Source of the DNA: Escherichia phage ECML-1
DNA length: 64,000 nucleotides
Strand: one strand, 5' to 3'
Sequence record: OL631478.1
Shown: one piece after another, positions 10,639 through 20,945 of the stretch
Numbering within the stretch: the first letter of the stretch is position 1
Layout: each line of letters opens with the position of its first letter
The notes under the pieces: model-generated
The model's database searches: none
The model's input: the letters and a program-made list of their open reading frames with translations, nothing else
What the model was told of the DNA's origin: nothing
Made by a program: the position numbers and the translations under genes

Positions 10639-11382
10639 ATGAGTAATATTATCGCATTTACTGGAAAGGCACGTTCTGGAAAAGACACCTCATGTTCTAT
10701 TGTGAAGAACATCTTAGAGGATGAGTATGGCTACAATGTTGCTGTAATGGCCTTTGCAGACAACCTTAAACTGTCTGCATCAAAGATATTTGACCTGACT
10801 TGGAATGACCTGTATGGTGAAACTAAAGAGACTCCACAGGTATTTGACTTATCATATCCTGAACTGATGTTTAAAGTTACGGAAGCTATGGAGTTCACCT
10901 TCAGAGATGAACGTTACCATATGGACTTCAAGCTTATGTCAGAGTTAACCGGACGATTAATCATGGAGCTTAAGAAGGTTGCTAAACCTACCCTATTAAC
11001 ACGTCTGGGATTTAGTAAAAAGTATAAATTCTCATCAAGACAAATTCAACAGATTTGGGGTACTGAAGTTGTCCGTAAAGTAATGGGCGACAAGTTCTGG
11101 TCTAAAGACCTTGAAAAAAGAATGGTTAGATTCCATGAAATGTGCTCACTTAGAAATCAATATGGTTTTGTCTTAATCAGTGATTTAAGATTTGACTCTG
11201 AAGCTGAATGGCTGAGTAGATTTGCACACCAAACTATTGAAGTAAAAAGAGACAATGTGGACAAAGTTTCATCACATGTTTCAGAAAATGGGATTTCTAC
11301 AAAATATGAGCGTGACATTATTCATAATAATGGTACTCTTGCAGACCTTGAGAACAAGCTAAGAGCCATCATTAAAGTTTAA
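10639..11382 (+). CDS. deoxynucleoside monophosphate kinase
   Basis: N-terminal P-loop IIAFTGKARSGKDT closely parallels the T4 gp1 dNMP kinase N-terminus; size (247 aa) fits. Confidence 0.6.
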   Translation: MSNIIAFTGKARSGKDTSCSIVKNILEDEYGYNVAVMAFADNLKLSASKIFDLTWNDLYGETKETPQVFDLSYPELMFKVTEAMEFTFRDERYHMDFKLMSELTGRLIMELKKVAKPTLLTRLGFSKKYKFSSRQIQQIWGTEVVRKVMGDKFWSKDLEKRMVRFHEMCSLRNQYGFVLISDLRFDSEAEWLSRFAHQTIEVKRDNVDKVSSHVSENGISTKYERDIIHNNGTLADLENKLRAIIKV

Positions 11383-11390
11383 AAGAGAGA

Positions 11391-11591
11391 ATGAAGATGA
11401 GAGTAAAAGACAATTTTAAAGTTATTGACCACCGTTTAGTGGAACTCTCATCTCTTTCCAATGAGGTAATGATTGAACGTCTTAAGAGAGTTGAATCACG
11501 AAGGAAAGAGATTGCAGATGAAATTCATGAACTGGACAAGATTGAAAATGGATTGAAGGCAGAACTACAACGAAGAGGTGCTAATGTCTAA
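11391..11591 (+). CDS. small coiled-coil protein
   Basis: 66 aa; overlaps the primase-helicase start by a few codons. Confidence 0.4.
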   Translation: MKMRVKDNFKVIDHRLVELSSLSNEVMIERLKRVESRRKEIADEIHELDKIENGLKAELQRRGANV

Positions 11592-13569
11592 AGGTCGTAA
11601 ATTGAAAGAGGCTGGTCAGTTTATTGGTCATTGTGCATGTCCACGTTGTGGTTCATCAGATGCTGGTTCAATCTATCATCATGACGATGATTCTTATTCG
11701 ATGACTTGCTTTAGTTGTAACAAAGGTTTCCCAGAGTGGGATTTTGATAAAGGACAAATCGTGAGCACTTATTCTACTGGTTCAGACAATAAAAACCGTA
11801 CTTTCCGTGGAATGGATTTAGACGATGTAAAAGAAAACCTTGAAGCAATGGACTTGAAAGACAGGAAGATTCCTGCAAAAGTTCTTGAGCGTTTGGGTAT
11901 TAAGGTTGACATTGACAGTGATGGTGAAATTGACGCGCATTTCTACCCAACTTACAAACGCAATGAAGATGGCAAGCTAGAGCATGTTGGCTACCGTGTT
12001 CGTCACCGTTACCCAGAAGACCATCCAAAAGAACACCTACGTGGTAAGCTAAAAGACTTTTCAGGTGGTGTTGGAGACATTAAAGGTGAACTGGCAATGT
12101 TCGGTTCATGGATTGCTCCAGAAGGTGGCAACCGTCTATTCATCTGGGAAGGTGAGATGGAATGCGCTACAGCAATCTACATGACTTCTCTGGCGATTAA
12201 AGATAAGTCTCGTCGTAAGAATTACTGTCACGTATCTGTTCCATCAGGTGCAAACATTAAGTCTATCAAAGACAACTATCAGTACATCACATCGTTTGAT
12301 GAGATTTACTTGTGCTTTGATAACGATGAAGCAGGTGCTAAAGCTACCAAAGAGGCTGCTGGTATCCTACCTATTGAGAAGGTTCGTTTATTCCAGTATC
12401 CAGAAGGTGTAAAAGACCTTAACGAATGGTGGACAAAGTTCTATAAAGAGAAAGATACAGTTCTGGAAGGATTTAAGCAGCGTATCTACAACGCACCTCG
12501 TTACTGCCCTGCTGGTATCAAGAACTTTGCAGATGGTTTTGAGGCAATGAGGAATCGTGGTCAGATTCCATTGATTCCTTTCCCAGAGTCTTTCGGAGAT
12601 TTGAACAGGCTGACTTATGGTGGTTATGGTTTAGGTGAGATTACAACTATTGCAGCACCATCTTCAGTAGGTAAGTCAGCTTACACTCGTGAGATGATTT
12701 ATTCAGCTTGGAAAGAAACTGATTATAATATCGGTGTAATTCCTGTAGAAGATACCTATGAAGAGTTGATGGAGATGCTCTGTGCAATTCACCTGAGCAA
12801 ACAGATTTCTGAGATTCCTTATGATGAACGGGATTGGGATGAATTAAAAGGAGCACACGCAGAACTATCTAAAGGTCGTCGTATCCATATCGTTGACCAT
12901 CAAGGGGCAATTGACCAAGATAACCTGCTAGAGTTTGTTGACTATCTTGTTAACAGTTTAGATTGCAAGATTATCATTCTTGACCCTATCACGTTAGCCC
13001 TGTCACGTTCAGATACGGATGAAGAGGAAGTTTTGTCTGAGCTATTGCGTCGTTGCAAACGCTACCAGTATGCGCAGGTAAACGTATGTCACGTTCGTAA
13101 GAGTGCAGGTGGTCAGAAAGCTAACTCTGAAGGTGGGGATATCTCTGAAGAGGATATCAAGGGTTCTGGTGCGTATTTCCAGATTTCCATGAATAATATT
13201 TTGTTAATGCGTAACAAGGTTGACCCAGACCCTGTTAAGAAAAACTTGACAAAAATCAAGTTAACTAAATGTCGTCGTCACGGTAAGTCAACGGGTATTG
13301 CTGGTCATACTTGGTACAATCCAGATACAGGGCGTCTCATTAAAGCATCTGGTTGTGGAGTTGACATTGATGGTGCAGCAGAAAATATCCGTCAACAGTT
13401 TGGTATTGGTGAGGCTGAAGACCATTACGATGACTCTTTGCCACATTATGAGGATGAAGTGTTTGACCGTGAGACTGGTGAAGTCTATACTGATGAGCAG
13501 CGTCAAAGCTCAACGATTCCACCTGTATTAAGTGAGGATGCAGATGACTGCCCGTTCGAAACTGAGTGA
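11578..13569 (+). CDS. bifunctional DNA primase/helicase (T7 gp4-like)
   Basis: N-terminal zinc ribbon CACPRCGSSD...CFSCNKGF, then a DnaB-family helicase with Walker A (GLGEITTIAAPSSVGKS) and Walker B-like IIILDP. Confidence 0.8.
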   Translation: MLMSKGRKLKEAGQFIGHCACPRCGSSDAGSIYHHDDDSYSMTCFSCNKGFPEWDFDKGQIVSTYSTGSDNKNRTFRGMDLDDVKENLEAMDLKDRKIPAKVLERLGIKVDIDSDGEIDAHFYPTYKRNEDGKLEHVGYRVRHRYPEDHPKEHLRGKLKDFSGGVGDIKGELAMFGSWIAPEGGNRLFIWEGEMECATAIYMTSLAIKDKSRRKNYCHVSVPSGANIKSIKDNYQYITSFDEIYLCFDNDEAGAKATKEAAGILPIEKVRLFQYPEGVKDLNEWWTKFYKEKDTVLEGFKQRIYNAPRYCPAGIKNFADGFEAMRNRGQIPLIPFPESFGDLNRLTYGGYGLGEITTIAAPSSVGKSAYTREMIYSAWKETDYNIGVIPVEDTYEELMEMLCAIHLSKQISEIPYDERDWDELKGAHAELSKGRRIHIVDHQGAIDQDNLLEFVDYLVNSLDCKIIILDPITLALSRSDTDEEEVLSELLRRCKRYQYAQVNVCHVRKSAGGQKANSEGGDISEEDIKGSGAYFQISMNNILLMRNKVDPDPVKKNLTKIKLTKCRRHGKSTGIAGHTWYNPDTGRLIKASGCGVDIDGAAENIRQQFGIGEAEDHYDDSLPHYEDEVFDRETGEVYTDEQRQSSTIPPVLSEDADDCPFETE

Positions 13570-13821
13570 TAGCTATAAAAGAGAGGGGTTCATACCCTTC
13601 TTTGAAGAAAAAAGTTTAAATAAATTTCAGGAAGAGTGTTTGACAAAGGTTGATAGGTTCTATAGAATGCTCTACATGAAATGTGATGGTGGTGTCGAAG
13701 TAGAGAAAAAGTCCTATCACAATACTGTCACAGTCATCATCACTATACCTGAACATAATATTGGTTGGCTGTTTGTAATAAAAGAAAATGTGTTTGAATA
13801 TCAAGTATATCGGAGAATATC

Positions 13822-13971
13822 ATGAAACACTCTAAAGCATTTGAAAAAGTTTTTGGGGATTCCTTAAAAGTCACTGCTGGAAAACCAGCAAAATACTATG
13901 AAGAGAAGCGTGTAAGAACTGGAAAAACTGCACGTAAAGCAGCTTCTAAAGATAAGCACAACTTCCAGTAA
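13822..13971 (+). CDS. small basic protein (49 aa, not in ORF track)
   Basis: ATG at 13822 to TAA at 13969-13971; MKHSKAFEKVFGDSLKVTAGKPAKYYEEKRVRTGKTARKAASKDKHNFQ. Confidence 0.25.
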   Translation: MKHSKAFEKVFGDSLKVTAGKPAKYYEEKRVRTGKTARKAASKDKHNFQ

Positions 13972-13978
13972 TTAATGT

Positions 13979-14007
13979 TTGACAATAGAGTATCAACAAA
14001 TTAGAAT
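13979..14007 (+). promoter_or_regulatory. sigma70-like promoter
   Basis: TTGACA, 17 nt spacer, TAGAAT, upstream of the gene starting at 14044. Confidence 0.55.
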
Positions 14008-14043
14008 TGGTACTCTTCATAAATTGAGATAGAGGTTTAAATA

Positions 14044-14901
14044 ATGTCTAAAGTTGTTAAAATGAAAGCTCCGGTAGAGAAGTACAACGGTACTGAACGT
14101 CAAACTCTGCGTTACCTTCTGAAAGATGTCTGGTTTTATTACCTGAACACTTCACCACGTCCGGGAAAAGGCAAGTCCATTGATAAGAAATTCCCAGGCA
14201 AAGACTGTAACTACAGCGTTTCAATTCTGGCAGAAGATGGTAACAAGCTGTTTAAAGAGTTTACTAAGTCTAAGAAAAACCCAGAAGGTTGGGATAAAGT
14301 TACCACTGAAGCAGTTGATGCAGATGACTTCGAAGAGAAGTTTGGTTGCAAACCACCATTTGAAGCAGACACTTACTACATCTTGAAAGTAAGTCGTGCA
14401 GCAGCTTATAAAGATGGTGCTGTATGGACAGCTAAACAGTCATTCCCTGTAATGCTGATTGAAGAAGTAAATGGTAAGCGTGTAGCTGTTAAGCAGCCGA
14501 TGAAGAAAATCAAAGCTCAAGCATCTGACAAACATGAAGATGATAAGAACTATGATGTAATTCATCCAGATATTGCAGTTGGTAACGGTTCTTTTGGTAG
14601 TGTGATTCTTTCTACTCACTTCTACACTTTTGAGAACAATGTCTTGACAAAGCCTATTCAGGAACAGTTTATCATTGATACTCTTGTACCTTACACTGGT
14701 GGTAACGGTGCTAACGGTGAACCTGAACTGGATGAAGATGAACTGGCTATGCTTGGTCTTGATGGTGTCGAAGATAACGGTGAAATCACTGAAGAAGACG
14801 CAACAGACCATAAATCTTCGAATGATTCTGATGATGGTGACGATGAAGACTTGCCAGACCCAGATGACGAAGAAGATGAAGACTTCGATACAGAAGACTA
14901 A
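14044..14901 (+). CDS. putative ssDNA-binding protein with acidic C-terminal tail
   Basis: Acidic C-terminus (DDEEDEDFDTED) as in T7 gp2.5 and T4 gp32; sits in the replication module. Confidence 0.4.
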   Translation: MSKVVKMKAPVEKYNGTERQTLRYLLKDVWFYYLNTSPRPGKGKSIDKKFPGKDCNYSVSILAEDGNKLFKEFTKSKKNPEGWDKVTTEAVDADDFEEKFGCKPPFEADTYYILKVSRAAAYKDGAVWTAKQSFPVMLIEEVNGKRVAVKQPMKKIKAQASDKHEDDKNYDVIHPDIAVGNGSFGSVILSTHFYTFENNVLTKPIQEQFIIDTLVPYTGGNGANGEPELDEDELAMLGLDGVEDNGEITEEDATDHKSSNDSDDGDDEDLPDPDDEEDEDFDTED

Positions 14902-14918
14902 TCTCTAAAAGTTACTTT

Positions 14919-14948
14919 AAAGCCCTGTACTTAGTATGGGGCTTTTTC
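14919..14948 (+). terminator. intrinsic terminator
   Basis: aaagccc...gggcttt hairpin followed by a T-run. Confidence 0.5.
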
Positions 14949-14963
14949 ATATGGAGAGCCATA

Positions 14964-16010
14964 ATGGAGAAGTACACATTAACAAAGCTTCCCGATTCAG
15001 TTACACATATCTTTATTGACTCTGACAGCATTGCCTATAAAGGTGCTTGTGTAGTTGAGAAAGCAAAGTATAAATACGTTAATAAACTCACAGCAGAAGA
15101 ATCTGAACCATTTGATAATGCGAAAGATGCTGCAAGATGGTTAGCAGACCAGAGAATCCTTGTGGAAGAGCTTGGCCTGACATTTGATGAAGATGAATGG
15201 GAAAGACAGACTTGGAAAGAAGCTAAGAGTGAAAAAGAAGCTATCATGGCTACTCAACAGGTGCTTCAGGAATGGCTTAAGGTTGTTGGGAAAGAAAGAA
15301 CTTGGGTAGGCTATTTAACAGAGAAAGGTGTGCATAAACATAAAGACATTAAAGGTCTTGAGCACCAATATCAAGGTAACCGTAAAGATGCTGTCACACC
15401 AACACACTTAGTCGCTTGTCGTGAATATCTTTTATCCAGACCAGAGTTCAAACTGATTCTTGATGGATTTGAAGCTGACTCTATCGTTATTGCTAAAGCT
15501 GAAAAGATGGGAAAAAAAGCTGCCTTAATGAGTATTGATAAAGACCTTCGCCAAGCTGAAGGTACTTACTGCATTGATATGACCTATGAAAAATCACCTT
15601 TAATTTTCATTGCTGATAACAACGTTGGTGAAATTTGGGATTGTCCAATAAAATCGACACCAAAAGCTAAGAAGACAGTTGGTGTAGGTTTTAAGTTTCT
15701 TTGTTATCAAGCTGTTGCTGGTGATAATGCGGATAATTATTTTGGTTTAAAGGGTGTTGGTAAGGCTGCTGTGATGAAGGCTCTTGAAGGGAAAACAACT
15801 TACAAAGAGTGTCTTGATGCAATTTACGAGTTATATGCTAAGAAAGACTCCTATACTTATGTATCATGGGATGGTCAGACAATCACCAGAACACCTTTAG
15901 AATTAATGCAGCAACACTTTTTCTTAGCTTATCAGGAAAGAAACAAGAAAGACGATTTTACTTTTGATAAGTATGGGTGGACACCAAATGTTAACTCAAC
16001 AAACTCTTAA
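14964..16010 (+). CDS. 5'-3' exonuclease (T7 gp6-like, FEN family)
   Basis: Motifs IFIDSDSIAY, GNRK, DGFEADS, SIDKDLRQ and VAGDNADNYFGLKGVG follow the T7 gene 6 exonuclease pattern. Confidence 0.6.
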   Translation: MEKYTLTKLPDSVTHIFIDSDSIAYKGACVVEKAKYKYVNKLTAEESEPFDNAKDAARWLADQRILVEELGLTFDEDEWERQTWKEAKSEKEAIMATQQVLQEWLKVVGKERTWVGYLTEKGVHKHKDIKGLEHQYQGNRKDAVTPTHLVACREYLLSRPEFKLILDGFEADSIVIAKAEKMGKKAALMSIDKDLRQAEGTYCIDMTYEKSPLIFIADNNVGEIWDCPIKSTPKAKKTVGVGFKFLCYQAVAGDNADNYFGLKGVGKAAVMKALEGKTTYKECLDAIYELYAKKDSYTYVSWDGQTITRTPLELMQQHFFLAYQERNKKDDFTFDKYGWTPNVNSTNS

Positions 16011-16479
16011 AGAATACCTGCACTATGACCCCGAAACAGGGGTCTTTACTTGGATTAAGAAGTCTGCTAAGCACACAAAAATTGGTTCTGTTGCAGGTAC
16101 AAACTTAAGGGGATACATCAGAATCTATTTGTTTGGTAAGGGTTATTATGCACATACACTGGCTGTTCTGTATATGGACGGTTACCTTCCTGAGTGTGTT
16201 GACCATAAAAACCATGTAACCCTAGATAATCGCTGGATAAATCTTAGGGCATGTACGTTATCAGAGAACCAATGTAATAGGTTACTCAATAAGAATAATA
16301 AATCAGGTGTTAAAGGTGTGTACTACAAAAAACAGTATGGTAAGTGGGCTACACAGATAACTTTTAAGAAGAGAGTTTACTTCTTCGGCAACTATGACAC
16401 GATTGCTGAAGCAGCAGAGGTTGTAAATAGGGAACGCCAACGTTTACACAGAGAGTTTGCTAATAAAGGTGATGAATGA
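15964..16479 (+). CDS. HNH homing endonuclease with AP2-like DNA-binding domain
   Basis: YYAHTLAVLYMDGYLPECVDHKNHVTLDN then SGVKGVYYKKQYGKWATQITF; true start may be an internal Met. Confidence 0.55.
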   Translation: MISMGGHQMLTQQTLKEYLHYDPETGVFTWIKKSAKHTKIGSVAGTNLRGYIRIYLFGKGYYAHTLAVLYMDGYLPECVDHKNHVTLDNRWINLRACTLSENQCNRLLNKNNKSGVKGVYYKKQYGKWATQITFKKRVYFFGNYDTIAEAAEVVNRERQRLHREFANKGDE

Positions 16480-16976
16480 GAAAAATAAAAGGTTTTGGCA
16501 ATTGCCCTGAATATGGTCACTGGATTTCACTATGTGGTGAAGTTGACCCAGCAAAGCACTTTGGTTTTGTCTACCTAGTGTACTGTAAAAAGACTGGACA
16601 GTACTATTTGGGTAAGAAACAGCTTAATAGTGTGACCAAAAGAAAAGTTGCTGGGAAGACTCGGAAGAAGGTAGTCACTAAGGAGAGTGATTGGATGACT
16701 TACGAAACCTCTTCTGAGTATATTAAAAAAGATATTGAGAGCTTTGGAAAAGAATTTTTTGACTTTTACATTATTCAGACCTACTACACAAAAGGTGGCC
16801 TAGTCTATGGTGAAGCAAACCTTCAACATAAATTCGATGTAATGACAAAAAGGATTGACTCGAAGCTCAGACTCTTCTACAATGCCAATATTGCAGCAAT
16901 TAAGTTTATTACTAAAGAAACTTATGAAGATGCTGAAAAAAGAATCCATAAGGTAATGAAAGCAAATTGTGCTTGA
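16476..16976 (+). CDS. putative GIY-YIG homing endonuclease
   Basis: N-terminal GFVYLVYCKKTGQYYLGKK resembles the GIY-YIG motif. Confidence 0.45.
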   Translation: MRKIKGFGNCPEYGHWISLCGEVDPAKHFGFVYLVYCKKTGQYYLGKKQLNSVTKRKVAGKTRKKVVTKESDWMTYETSSEYIKKDIESFGKEFFDFYIIQTYYTKGGLVYGEANLQHKFDVMTKRIDSKLRLFYNANIAAIKFITKETYEDAEKRIHKVMKANCA

Positions 16977-16982
16977 TAACTA

Positions 16983-17246
16983 TTGAGAGAGAATAAAATG
17001 TTTAACAAAAGCAAAGCTGTGAGTCATGTAGCAAAAGTTGACAGCAAGATTGAAGAACTTGAGCGCATCCTTGCAAATGCTAGAGAGTCAATAATCAAAG
17101 AAGTTGAAGCTGTTGAATCTCAAATGCAGCACCTAATGCTTAAACGTCAAGAGCTACGTGAGCATCTAGAATATATTGAAACACGAGAGCTAAAAGTTAA
17201 CAGATATTTTAAGGAGTCCGAATGTTTAACTCAAGAGAATCAGTAA
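16983..17246 (+). CDS. hypothetical coiled-coil protein
   Basis: 87 aa ORF. Confidence 0.4.
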   Translation: MRENKMFNKSKAVSHVAKVDSKIEELERILANARESIIKEVEAVESQMQHLMLKRQELREHLEYIETRELKVNRYFKESECLTQENQ

Positions 17247-17977
17247 AAAACTGGAACCTTCGTTGTGGAAACACTCAAAAGCAACCTTACAGTAATGAGT
17301 ATTGGGAATCTTTAAAATCTCAATCTCTGTGTATGCTTGAAGAAGCAAAAGAGCTTGTAAAAGCAATTGAAGAGAAAGACCCCATTGAGACACTGGATGC
17401 TCAGGCAGATTTACAATATGTTCTTGACGGTTTGATTTACCTGTCACAACATGACCATAACGGTGCTATGGAAGCTGTTTGCCATAATAATGACCTGAAG
17501 TACACAGATGACTATGAAGAAGCTTTAAAACGTCTTGCAGACATTGAAAAGCGTACTGGTCAAGAGTGTATTATTCGAATGTCAGTGGTTGATGGTAAAG
17601 AGTGGTATGCGATTGTCCGTGCAGCCGATGGGAAGATTATGAAGCAATCAAATCTCCCTAAAGTACAGCTTGGTGAATACATTGTAGAGCTTGAAAGCCA
17701 AGAACTTTTTGTGGTAGTATCTGAGACATGCGTTATCTGCAAAGGTATTGTAGGTAGCTTAAAGGATTTGGGTGTAGATGGTTTTGTAGAAGTTAATCCA
17801 ATTACCTCTAAAGCAGATAAAGACTTCTGTAAAGAGAATGGACTATGGATTGCAGATATTGTCTACTATGATGGTGAGCAGTTCCATGTAACCTCATACC
17901 CGAAACTGAATTATGATGCTAATAACCTGAAGTGCTGGTTAAAAGGGGTTGGTTATAATGGATTCACAGAACATTAA
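17222..17977 (+). CDS. putative MazG-like nucleotide pyrophosphohydrolase
   Basis: N-terminal EEAKELVKAIEEKDPIETLDAQADLQYVLDGL has a MazG-like acidic pattern; low certainty. Confidence 0.35.
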   Translation: MFNSRESVKNWNLRCGNTQKQPYSNEYWESLKSQSLCMLEEAKELVKAIEEKDPIETLDAQADLQYVLDGLIYLSQHDHNGAMEAVCHNNDLKYTDDYEEALKRLADIEKRTGQECIIRMSVVDGKEWYAIVRAADGKIMKQSNLPKVQLGEYIVELESQELFVVVSETCVICKGIVGSLKDLGVDGFVEVNPITSKADKDFCKENGLWIADIVYYDGEQFHVTSYPKLNYDANNLKCWLKGVGYNGFTEH

Positions 17978-18281
17978 TAAAGAAGGTGTGGCTCAGAAGA
18001 GCCACTTCTCAAACTACAATATCTCTATGACGGTGTTTATGAATGACCCGTTACTTGAGAAGTATGGTGAGACTCCAGATACACTTCTGGATAATGAACA
18101 AGTTTTAAAAGCAGTCCTGTACAAATACGGGATTGATATTGAGAAAGAGTATTCTTTTGAAATCTGTCAACACAGGAATACTTTTGGTAAAGTTGTAATG
18201 GCTCCACTCTTCATGGGTGTAGAAAGAACTGACTATGGTTGGTTATATCTAAAAAGAAACTTGGAGAAATACCGTGTCTAA
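17949..18281 (+). CDS. hypothetical protein
   Basis: 110 aa ORF. Confidence 0.4.
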   Translation: MVIMDSQNINKEGVAQKSHFSNYNISMTVFMNDPLLEKYGETPDTLLDNEQVLKAVLYKYGIDIEKEYSFEICQHRNTFGKVVMAPLFMGVERTDYGWLYLKRNLEKYRV

Positions 18282-18609
18282 AGCAAAAAAGCTATCTTAT
18301 GATGACATTATCTCAGGTGCTAAATTAGGTGTTGATAGTATCGGACAAGATGTTAAGCACGGAGACACAGTTATGTACTGTGACGACAGAAGAGGCAGAA
18401 GTGCAATCTTGTTTGGAAGAATTGTTTGCAAGATGCGAGGCAATTACGTTGTTGCAGACATGGATGTGAATGTCACACAAAAACTTGAAACAATTATGGA
18501 TGCTAGTACACCGTCATGGTTCCTAAATTGTATGCACGCCTCTTCAGTCACAAAAGTAAGTGATAAGTTTTACGATATGTGGCAGAATGAGCAAATTTTC
18601 AAGATTTAA
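18274..18609 (+). CDS. hypothetical protein
   Basis: 111 aa ORF. Confidence 0.45.
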   Translation: MSKAKKLSYDDIISGAKLGVDSIGQDVKHGDTVMYCDDRRGRSAILFGRIVCKMRGNYVVADMDVNVTQKLETIMDASTPSWFLNCMHASSVTKVSDKFYDMWQNEQIFKI

Positions 18610-18615
18610 ACTAGG

Positions 18616-18637
18616 GAGCCTCTTCGGAGGCTCTTTT
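18616..18637 (+). terminator. intrinsic terminator
   Basis: gagcctc-ttcg-gaggctc followed by tttt. Confidence 0.7.
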
Positions 18638-18655
18638 CATCTGTAGGATTCAAAA

Positions 18656-20890
18656 ATGATTAAGACAATTAAAAAATCAAACGGTACAGTAGTAAGCTTT
18701 GACCCAGAAAGACTGAATAAGTGGGCATCATGGGCAGATAAGCGCGGAATCATCTGGTCAGAAGTCACTATGGAAGCCATGAAACGTGTCTATGAAGGTT
18801 GCACTACAAAAGAGATGCACCAAGCCATGATTGATGTTTGTGTTGATAAACAAACTCAAGAGTACTCAGATATGGCTGGACGACTGCTTTTGGGTATTAT
18901 CTACAAAGAAGCCTTTGGAGGCTTTACTAAGGTTCCTACGCTGATTACCTTCGTTAAAAATATGGAGAGAGCAGGACTTTGGGAGAAGATGGATTATTCA
19001 CAGGAAGAGCTTGAATACCTGCAAGGTTACATCGTGCACTCAAAAGATATCTCTTACGGTTATGCAGTCTTGAAACAGTTCAGAGACAAGTATGGTATCC
19101 GTGATATTAAAACGGGAAGACTGTTTGAGTCACCACAATTTATGTTTATGGGTATGGCTATGAAAGCCTTTGAGAAGCAACCAAAGCACCGTAGACTGCA
19201 AGATGTTATCAAGCTGTACACTTACCTATCTGACCTGAAGATTAACGCTCCTACTCCTTACCTGAATGGTTTAAGAGCCACTAAATCAGGTTATGCGTCA
19301 TGCTGTTTGATTAAGGCGAATGATACCGCTGAATCTCTCGGTATTGCTGCAAAGGTTGCTTATGATATGACTACAAAGCAAGCTGGTATCGGGATGCTGA
19401 TGGAGACTCGCACTATTGGTGATGGTATCCGTCAAAATACTATTGAACACATGGGTAAGCTACCTTATTACAAGCTTGTACGTTCATCTGTAGAGGCAAA
19501 CAAACAGAAGAGTCGTGGTGGTTCAGCTAACAACTTCTATACTGCTCTAGACCCGCAGATTGAAGATTTACTGCGTTTGAAGCACCCTACAACGGTTCCT
19601 TCGAAACGTATTAACGAGATGGACTACTCATTTGGTACAAATGATTATTTCTGGCAGTGTGTTCAATATGATACGGATTGGTTGCTATTCTCTTACAAAG
19701 ATGCACCAAAACTCTATGACATGTTCTACACAGCATCTGCTGATGAGTTTGCTATGGCAGTTGGTCACGCAGTACATTCAGGAGTTAAGCACAGACGAGT
19801 AAAGGCTCGTGAAATTGCCAAGCTGTTTATTCAACAGCGTTATGCTACAGGTCGTGTGTATCCATTCTTCACTAACAATGCGAACACACATACACCATTT
19901 AAAGAACCATTGAAGATGTCAAATCTTTGTATGGAAATTGTGTTGCCAGTGTATGGTTTTGAGAAAGAGACAGACCTTTACAGAGACGATGCTGTGAAAG
20001 AGGATGGTGAGGTGGCTCTTTGCTTCCTAGCTAGTTTGGTTGCAGGGAGAATTTCAGAAGATGAATACGCTGACGTTGCTTATTATGCTCTTGCAATGGT
20101 TGACTCCGTTATTGACCTTATGGATTATCCGTATCCGTCGATGCGTAACCATGTTCAGAAGCGTCGTTCTGTTGGGATTGGCCTTACAAATGTGGCTCAT
20201 TACCTTGCGAAGAACTACGTGAACTACTCTTCACGAGCAGGTAAAACGAAACTTCATGAACTTGCAGAGATGCACTCTTACTATCTGCATGAAGCCTCGC
20301 TGAGACTTGCTAAAGAGCGTGGCGTTCCAGAATACATGAAGTTCACTAAGTATCCTGAAGGCTGGGTTCCTCCAAAGACAGCTAACAAGAAGATTGATGA
20401 AAAGCATGATGCGAAACTACGATATGATTGGGATGACTTAGCACAACGTATCAAAGAGAATGGTGGAATCCGAAACTCTGTATTAGAAGCTTACATGCCT
20501 AATGAGAGTTCTTCACTAGCAACTAATACGACAAATGGCTTGTATCCAATTCGTGACTTTATTTTAACTAAAAAGTCTGCAACTGGTAACGTGCTGTTTA
20601 TTGTTCCAGATTATGAAGAGTTGAAGTATGTCTATGAAATTGCTTGGGATATCGACACCTTTGATATGATTGACTGTTATGCAATTGTTCAAAAGTTCAC
20701 TGGTCAAGCTATCTCTTCAGACTTCTATGTTGACTACGCAAAAGCTAAGAAGGTATCATTGGCTCAAGCTTTGAAGTACATGATTTATGCCAACTCGGTA
20801 GGTATGAAAACCATGTACTACCTTAACAGCCGCATTGGTGTAGGTAAATCTGCACTGCAAGATGCTTATTGCGAGGGTTGTGGTGTTTAG
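18656..20890 (+). CDS. nrdA: ribonucleotide reductase class Ia large subunit
   Basis: 744 aa; N-terminal ATP-cone-like region and active-site SNLCMEIVLP; followed by nrdB. Confidence 0.85.
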   Translation: MIKTIKKSNGTVVSFDPERLNKWASWADKRGIIWSEVTMEAMKRVYEGCTTKEMHQAMIDVCVDKQTQEYSDMAGRLLLGIIYKEAFGGFTKVPTLITFVKNMERAGLWEKMDYSQEELEYLQGYIVHSKDISYGYAVLKQFRDKYGIRDIKTGRLFESPQFMFMGMAMKAFEKQPKHRRLQDVIKLYTYLSDLKINAPTPYLNGLRATKSGYASCCLIKANDTAESLGIAAKVAYDMTTKQAGIGMLMETRTIGDGIRQNTIEHMGKLPYYKLVRSSVEANKQKSRGGSANNFYTALDPQIEDLLRLKHPTTVPSKRINEMDYSFGTNDYFWQCVQYDTDWLLFSYKDAPKLYDMFYTASADEFAMAVGHAVHSGVKHRRVKAREIAKLFIQQRYATGRVYPFFTNNANTHTPFKEPLKMSNLCMEIVLPVYGFEKETDLYRDDAVKEDGEVALCFLASLVAGRISEDEYADVAYYALAMVDSVIDLMDYPYPSMRNHVQKRRSVGIGLTNVAHYLAKNYVNYSSRAGKTKLHELAEMHSYYLHEASLRLAKERGVPEYMKFTKYPEGWVPPKTANKKIDEKHDAKLRYDWDDLAQRIKENGGIRNSVLEAYMPNESSSLATNTTNGLYPIRDFILTKKSATGNVLFIVPDYEELKYVYEIAWDIDTFDMIDCYAIVQKFTGQAISSDFYVDYAKAKKVSLAQALKYMIYANSVGMKTMYYLNSRIGVGKSALQDAYCEGCGV

Positions 20891-20945
20891 TTTTAACAAC
20901 TATGAGGGTCGTAAAAGACCCTCTAAAAATAACTTTGGAGAGACC

